Source: Desulfococcaceae bacterium (GTDB lineage Bacteria > Desulfobacterota > Desulfobacteria > Desulfobacterales > Desulfosalsimonadaceae). From it: DNA of 64,000 nt. The stretch is from NCBI GenBank assembly GCA_030145385.1, contig JAQYVU010000007.1, forward strand, positions 17,930 to 81,929, written 5' to 3'. Shown piece after piece: positions 59,177-64,000 of the stretch (the first letter of the stretch is position 1; each line of letters begins with the position of its first letter). Below the pieces are notes generated by a model, which searched no databases, was not told where the DNA came from, and saw nothing but the letters and a program-made list of their open reading frames with translations. The position numbers and the translations under genes are program-made.

Positions 59177-59208
59177 CATCCTCTTCTGGTGGAGGATGGG
59201 CTTTTTTT
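59177..59208 (+). terminator. Rho-independent terminator of the ABC/eut operon
   Basis: CATCCTCttctggtgGAGGATGggcttttttt, ~80 nt after the eutBC stop. Confidence 0.65.
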
Positions 59209-59511
59209 ACCCCCTTGGTTTTTGCAATCATGCCGGAGATCGGACAGTCAGAAAGCCGATCGGGTCGATACTGGCGAAGCATAGAGGCATTTATGTCAAG
59301 ATGTGGCAGATAATCCCAATTGCATGAATCCTGCAAAGGGTCTGCCTTTAGTGAATCCTTATAAATCCTTTTCGGACCAATTCATAGTTTGAATTTTATG
59401 AATATTTATTCCAAAAATAGCCGTTATCCGGTCTTAAACCCTACATTAAAATTGAAATAATAATGACCTAAGATTGTTTCAAAATGACAGTATTTCAGAA
59501 AATCTCGAAGG

Positions 59512-59710
59512 TGCGTAATATCGATAAAAACAGACAACATTCCCGCAACGGCCGCCAGTGCACATTGTGATAAACTTTACGGGATTTTTAAAAATCAAAC
59601 ATCCCACATATCGTGGTTGAATTTCCATAATATTCTCGAATCGCAGGTTGAAAACGCCCTGTCTTTTTCTGTGTGATCACAACTTTTAGATATTTCCGTT
59701 ACCCCAAGAT
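59512..59710 (+). repeat. Direct repeat, copy 2 (see 48742-48942)
   Basis: 59520-59654 is identical to 48752-48886, with flanking partial homology. Confidence 0.9.
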
Positions 59711-60441
59711 GTTGTGTAATCTGCAAATTTAATAAAACAGACAGCGGTGCCTACAGTTATCGATAGTCTACGCTTTTTGCAACTTTTGCAATACTGTTGG
59801 AACTCGTTGGATTCTTTACCGTGGATCAGAATTTCTGGTATGTCCGGAATCATGATCCGCCGGTCAAAATAAATGAGCAAGTCCGCGAGTTGACGTATGA
59901 CGATTCATATGCTCAATCCTCATTTGAAGATTTCCGGGCGCAATAAATTGTGAACCGGCAGAGGACTGGTGCCGCCAAAATCGGTGAAAATGGCACGGGA
60001 TTTCAGAATTTTTCAGGCATCATCTATTGATCCGACATAACCGACCGCTCCTCCTAAAGCCACTCCCGAACACGCCACAACATAAAATACCTGTTAAAAC
60101 TTGACATACAAGACGATTTTTGAGATATATCAAGTCGTAAAAAACTTTTCATGGTGTCGCGTCACCACTGTATCAGAAAATAAATCATCCATCATTTCAA
60201 CTGATTGGAGAGATGACTTATTTGGAAGCAATATCTTATTCCTTATTTCTTTTATTCCTAAAAATTAGGCCGGATCATGTTCATCTTTTAGTTGAAACAG
60301 ATCCGAAATAATAACTGGTCCGAAATCATTGTTATCTAAATGGCATGATTTGAAATCGGTTTTGCGATTGTTGAATAAATGACGATTCAGTGACCTATAG
60401 AAATTAAAACAAATGATTGATAATGGGAATAGAAATAGAAC

Positions 60442-61623
60442 ATGACAACATTATTTGAACCCGGCACAATCGGAAAGATGGATATTAAAAATCGATTTGT
60501 CAGGTCAGCAACCGCCGAACTCCTTGCAACAGAAGACGGTCGCGTGACAGATAAATATCTCAAGGCTTATAGACAGCTGGCAAGAGGTGGTGTTGGGCTT
60601 ATCATTACCGGAAATTTCTATTTGAATCCTATCGGTCAGGCGCTGCCGAGAAGTATCGTTATGCATCGAGATGAAATTGTGGATGATCTCAGAAAAGTTG
60701 TGAAAACCGTTCATGAGCACGGCGCTAAAATCGTTGCCCAGATTAATCACGCGGGTCGACAATGTTATCCCAATTTCATTGCTCAAAAACCGATTGCACC
60801 ATCAGCGGTTCGCGATATGATGTCGCTTGTCAAACCCAGACAGATGTCTCTAAATGAAATCGAAGAAACCATAACTGCTTATGGAGACGCTGCACGACGG
60901 GTAAAGGAAGCCGGATTTGATGGTGTGCAGATCCATGCTGCACATGGATATATGATTAATCAATTCCTCTCTTGTCACACAAACCGCCGGAAAGACGAAT
61001 GGGGAGGTTCTTTGGATAATCGAATGCGTTTTCTGATAAGGGTGTATGAATTAATCCGCGAAACCGTAGGCCCGGATTATCCGGTTCTGATTAAACTAAA
61101 TGGAGAAGACTGCTTTCCAAATGGGGTAACCATTGATCAGTCATTGGCAGTGTGTGAAAAACTGGATGAACTGGGAATAGATGCCATTGAAGTGAGCGGT
61201 GGTATTGGCGAAACCGGATTTTCCACTATCCGAGGAGACATCCCCAGAGATCTACTGATAAAAAACCGGAATATTGCTGAAAAATTACTCATCCGGTTTT
61301 TGATCGAAAAAAAAATGCGAAAAAATGCGGAATTTAGTGAGGCCTATTTTCTACCTTTTGCGACAGCTGTCAAGAAAAAGGTCAATGTACCGGTTATCTC
61401 TGTCGGTGGCATTCGCCGCAGAGAAACAATAGAAAATATACTTAAAAACAAGGATGCGGATTTTATTTCTTTATCCCGTCCCTTTATTCGTCAACCTAAC
61501 CTGGTCAACCAATTTGAAAAAGGAGAAAAAGATCCCATTACCTGTGATAGCTGTAACCGGTGCACGTTTGAGATGATTATTCATCATAAGCCAATGCGAT
61601 GCTATAATAAAGGCAAGCCTTAA
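60442..61623 (+). CDS. Old-Yellow-Enzyme-family NADH:flavin oxidoreductase (2,4-dienoyl-CoA-reductase N-domain-like) with a C-terminal Cys cluster
   Basis: 393 aa with ..RFVRSAT..GGVGLIITGN..VAQINHAGRQ..GVQIHAAHGYMINQFLS.. and a C-terminal CDSCNRC...C motif. Confidence 0.8.
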   Translation: MTTLFEPGTIGKMDIKNRFVRSATAELLATEDGRVTDKYLKAYRQLARGGVGLIITGNFYLNPIGQALPRSIVMHRDEIVDDLRKVVKTVHEHGAKIVAQINHAGRQCYPNFIAQKPIAPSAVRDMMSLVKPRQMSLNEIEETITAYGDAARRVKEAGFDGVQIHAAHGYMINQFLSCHTNRRKDEWGGSLDNRMRFLIRVYELIRETVGPDYPVLIKLNGEDCFPNGVTIDQSLAVCEKLDELGIDAIEVSGGIGETGFSTIRGDIPRDLLIKNRNIAEKLLIRFLIEKKMRKNAEFSEAYFLPFATAVKKKVNVPVISVGGIRRRETIENILKNKDADFISLSRPFIRQPNLVNQFEKGEKDPITCDSCNRCTFEMIIHHKPMRCYNKGKP

Positions 61624-61723
61624 CAGATTGGATGTAAAAAGTTCTATTGTTTTAAAAAAAAATGACCGTAAAACACGACATTTCGGAATGCTGGCTATAA
61701 TCCATAATAGGTAGAGAAAAACA

Positions 61724-63067
61724 ATGAAAAAAAAATTATTATTAATAAATCCGGCTCAAAGCAAAAAACCAAATCTGGCCAATCTGATCACAATTCCATC
61801 ATCAAGTTTAGGGTACCTGGCTGCACTGACGCCTCCCGATTGGGATATAAAAATTAATGATGAAAATATTGAGGATTTAACTTTTGAGGAGGCTGATCTT
61901 GTCGCTATAACTACCTACACCTGTAATGCGCCCAGAGCATATGAAGTATCTAAGATTTACAGGCGAAAAGGAATAAAAACAGTTATTGGCGGCGTGCATG
62001 TCTCAATGCTGCCAGATGAAGCCGCACAGTATGTTGATACGGTTGTTATAGGTGAGGCAGAATCAATATGGGGAACTGTATTAAAGGATTTTGAGAAAAA
62101 TGAAATGAAAAAGCGGTACACGTCAGAACTTATTTCTCTGGAAAATCAAGTTCTCCCCAGAACGGATCTCTACTCCTGGAAATATAAATTGTTTACAGTG
62201 GAAACTTCCAGAGGCTGCCCCAATGATTGTGAGTTCTGTACTGTAGGGTTATTTAATGGGCACAAGTACAGACAAAGACCTGTTGAAGATGTATTGGATG
62301 AACTGGAAAACCTACCCCGCAAGTTTTTCATGTTTTCAGATAACAATATTCTTGGTCATGGAAAAAAGGCAGAAGAAAGAGCGATTCGTTTGTTTAAAGG
62401 CATGGTTGACAGAGGAATAAAAAAACGATGGGGATGTTACGTTGGAATTGATTTTGTAAACAATCCGGAAGTTTTAAAATGGGCTAAAAAAGCCGGCTGC
62501 TCAAGCTGTTTCATCGGTTTTGAATCCCTCAACGAAGAATCACTTAAAGAAATCCAGAAAACCAGAAATTTAAAAATGGGTGTGGATCATTATAAAGAGG
62601 TTGTACAAAAAATTCATGACAACGGCATTGGACTTATAATTGGATCATTTGTTATGGGTAATGATAATGATTATCCGGATATTTTTCAGAGAACAACGGA
62701 TTTTATTTTAGAGTCAAAGATAGATACGGCACAACTCTCAATTCTAAACCCTTTTCCGGGTACAAGACTATTTGAAAGACTTGAGAAGGAAGGAAGACTG
62801 TTATACACAAATTATCCTCACGATTGGCAGTATTTGGATTTCACAAAAGTTTTATATAAACCGAAGAACATGACACCTGATCAGCTGCGTGAAGGCGTTG
62901 CCCAGGTTTACAAAGACACTTCATCAAGATTAACATCGCTGAAAAGAGCAATTACGTCATACAAAGATACGAAAGATCTGTTGGGAGCAATTATTGCCTA
63001 CTTTGGTAATCGCTCTTCCGGTGACCTGTGGCGTAAAGTATCTGATGCCGTTGAGTTAGAAAATTAG
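61724..63067 (+). CDS. B12-binding-domain radical SAM protein (class B)
   Basis: 447 aa. N-terminal Rossmann-like B12 domain (..DLVAITTYTCNAPRAYEV...IGGVHVS..) followed by ETSRGCPNDCEFCTV (CxxxCxxC). Confidence 0.85.
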   Translation: MKKKLLLINPAQSKKPNLANLITIPSSSLGYLAALTPPDWDIKINDENIEDLTFEEADLVAITTYTCNAPRAYEVSKIYRRKGIKTVIGGVHVSMLPDEAAQYVDTVVIGEAESIWGTVLKDFEKNEMKKRYTSELISLENQVLPRTDLYSWKYKLFTVETSRGCPNDCEFCTVGLFNGHKYRQRPVEDVLDELENLPRKFFMFSDNNILGHGKKAEERAIRLFKGMVDRGIKKRWGCYVGIDFVNNPEVLKWAKKAGCSSCFIGFESLNEESLKEIQKTRNLKMGVDHYKEVVQKIHDNGIGLIIGSFVMGNDNDYPDIFQRTTDFILESKIDTAQLSILNPFPGTRLFERLEKEGRLLYTNYPHDWQYLDFTKVLYKPKNMTPDQLREGVAQVYKDTSSRLTSLKRAITSYKDTKDLLGAIIAYFGNRSSGDLWRKVSDAVELEN

Positions 63068-63080
63068 AGTCTATACCTGT

Positions 63081-63569
63081 ATGATATTTAAAAAAATGTT
63101 TTTGATATTCGTATTTTCCCCTTTTGCCTGTGTATATCACACCGCCAGATATTTTTTTGGTAAAAACAGGATGAATGATTTTTTTTATAAAAAAATTGTT
63201 ACGATGAGTACAAATTCGTTGTCATCTCATATCCCCACTTACCAAAAAGATGAAAAATTCTCTGCTTTTAGCGCTAAAATGAAAGAGACTGTATCGAAAA
63301 TTCCATTTGAAAAATCAGAAATAGCGATTGATGCGCCGGATATGGTAAAGTTTAAGGTGACGGTTTGTCAATTTGTTGAGGTTGCCAAACTGTTAGGTAT
63401 GCGTAAGCTTGCGAAGGCTTTCTGCGATGTTGATATCGTTTATTGTCAAAAATACCAGCCCAATATTATATTTGAACGTAAATTTACACTTGAAAAAGGC
63501 GATCCATTTTGTGATCACACGTATAAAAAAAGGCATAAAAAAAACGGTATCAAAAATTACATCGCCTAA
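63081..63569 (+). CDS. ATC-hydrolase-like family protein (second paralogue in the window)
   Basis: 162 aa. ..VTVCQFVEVAKLLGMRKLAKAFCDVDIVYC....FERKFTLEKGDPFCDHTY shows the same C..D...R..tl..G...CD pattern as 19299..19925. It starts 13 nt after the radical SAM gene. Confidence 0.4.
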   Translation: MIFKKMFLIFVFSPFACVYHTARYFFGKNRMNDFFYKKIVTMSTNSLSSHIPTYQKDEKFSAFSAKMKETVSKIPFEKSEIAIDAPDMVKFKVTVCQFVEVAKLLGMRKLAKAFCDVDIVYCQKYQPNIIFERKFTLEKGDPFCDHTYKKRHKKNGIKNYIA

Positions 63570-63594
63570 GTTTCAACGTTAATGTTGATGATCT

Positions 63595-63744
63595 CGTAAA
63601 AAGTCCGATTTAGACGGCAAAGTACAAAAGCTCCACCAAATCTTATAAAATTGGCGAGGCGCGCAAATCCTGAGCAATGATTAGTAGTTAGCCTACCTTG
63701 AAGCAGCGAGGGATGCAGCGCAACAAAGAATTTGGACTTTTTAC
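63595..63744. repeat. Long-hairpin intergenic repeat, subfamily A, copy 2
   Basis: cgtaaaaagtcc (63595-606) pairs with ggactttttac (63734-744). The core ggcgaggcgcgc...gcgcaacaaagaa is related to the B subfamily. Track ORF 63698..63880 is a translation artefact of it. Confidence 0.7.
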
Positions 63745-63751
63745 AAAGCCG

Positions 63752-64000
63752 TCAATGTTTTGCTATTTTTTTAACCCGTTGGTATCCCGGAATCTCTCCT
63801 TTGATCCCGCACTTGCCAATGGTACGGACTTTTTCAAGCGCAATTCTCACGCCGTTTGGAATACTTCTTCCCGGCTCTGAAACGCACCCGCCAGCCAGAT
63901 AAACATCATGCCCCAGACAAATGCCCAGTGCAAGGCTTCCCGTATCAACAGGATTGCCGTTTTTCATAACAGATACGTTTTTTCCGTCAAAGCGATAGTC
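63752..64000 (-). CDS. C-terminal end of a protein that starts beyond the right window edge; product not recognised
   Basis: The minus frame is open from the edge: DYRFDGKNVSVMKNGNPVDTGSLALGICLGHDVYLAGGCVSEPGRS...KKIAKH*. The track starts it at an internal Met (63967). Confidence 0.5.
   Translation of the reverse strand, partial: DYRFDGKNVSVMKNGNPVDTGSLALGICLGHDVYLAGGCVSEPGRSIPNGVRIALEKVRTIGKCGIKGEIPGYQRVKKIAKH

Noticed and set aside
50570-61723. Cobalamin riboswitch upstream of the B12-dependent eut operon or the B12-radical SAM gene
   Set aside because: I could not find a B12-box-like core (..GCCACTG..) or the surrounding conserved helices in 50570-51127 or 59100-61723. This was by eye only.
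63698-63880. 60-aa + ORF (MKQRGMQRNKEFGLFTKPSM...)
   Set aside because: It is the translation of hairpin-repeat subfamily A and of the antisense strand of the neighbouring gene's 3' end. It is not a gene.
1-64000. rRNA, tRNA, tmRNA, RNase P and CRISPR arrays
   Set aside because: I scanned the intergenic regions for GGTTCGAATCC-type T-arms, the GAGGAAAGTCC RNase P core and short spaced direct repeats, and found none. tRNAscan or Rfam would be needed to exclude them formally.

Overview
This is a 64-kb chromosomal segment from a low-GC genome (sampled stretches are roughly 37-45% G+C). The gene content suggests a marine anaerobe of the Desulfobacterota type: a sigma-54 enhancer-binding protein (EBP), HD-GYP, DUF362/ferredoxin fusions, a B12-radical SAM protein and many Fe-S proteins. 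The taxon cannot be proven from the sequence alone.

Layout, left to right:
1. 2-9527 (minus strand): a TolC-family outer-membrane gene followed by a giant repeat protein of more than 2,700 codons. It has five Calx-beta modules and then about 36 RTX-like units of ~50 aa. It runs off the left edge and is missing from the supplied ORF track.
2. 10.4-14.6 kb: a four-gene operon of unknown function (membrane protein, DUF364, ferredoxin-nitroreductase, MFS).
3. 15-19 kb: an NhaP antiporter, then a GAF-type sigma-54 activator with a very good -24/-12 promoter in front of a small secreted protein.
4. 19.3-23.3 kb: an operon encoding a CoA-pyrophosphatase Nudix, a glycosyltransferase-like/Nudix fusion, a PlsC-type acyltransferase and an ATC-hydrolase-like protein.
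5. 23.8-35.8 kb: HD-GYP/DUF362, acyl-CoA dehydrogenase, TetR, membrane and HD proteins, TSUP, GDPD, MarR and YitT.
6. 36-42.5 kb: an osmostress block, mscS ... hemC-ectA-ectB-ectC-ask.
7. 42.6-50.4 kb: beta-oxidation-type genes, then a decay zone with an FGGY kinase fragment, a group II intron maturase relic, sugE and a frameshifted IS91-family transposase.
8. 51.1-59.1 kb: a conspicuously GC-rich, translationally coupled operon encoding a ProX/ProV/double-ProW-type ABC importer, EutA and a fused EutB-EutC ethanolamine ammonia-lyase. Together with the IS91 relic it is bracketed by a 135-bp perfect direct repeat 10.77 kb apart.
9. 60.4-64 kb: OYE-type reductase, B12-radical SAM and an ATC-hydrolase-like protein.

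Several families of long-hairpin intergenic repeats sit at gene 3' ends. I found no rRNA, tRNA or CRISPR array. All homology calls come from motif recognition by eye, not from database searches.
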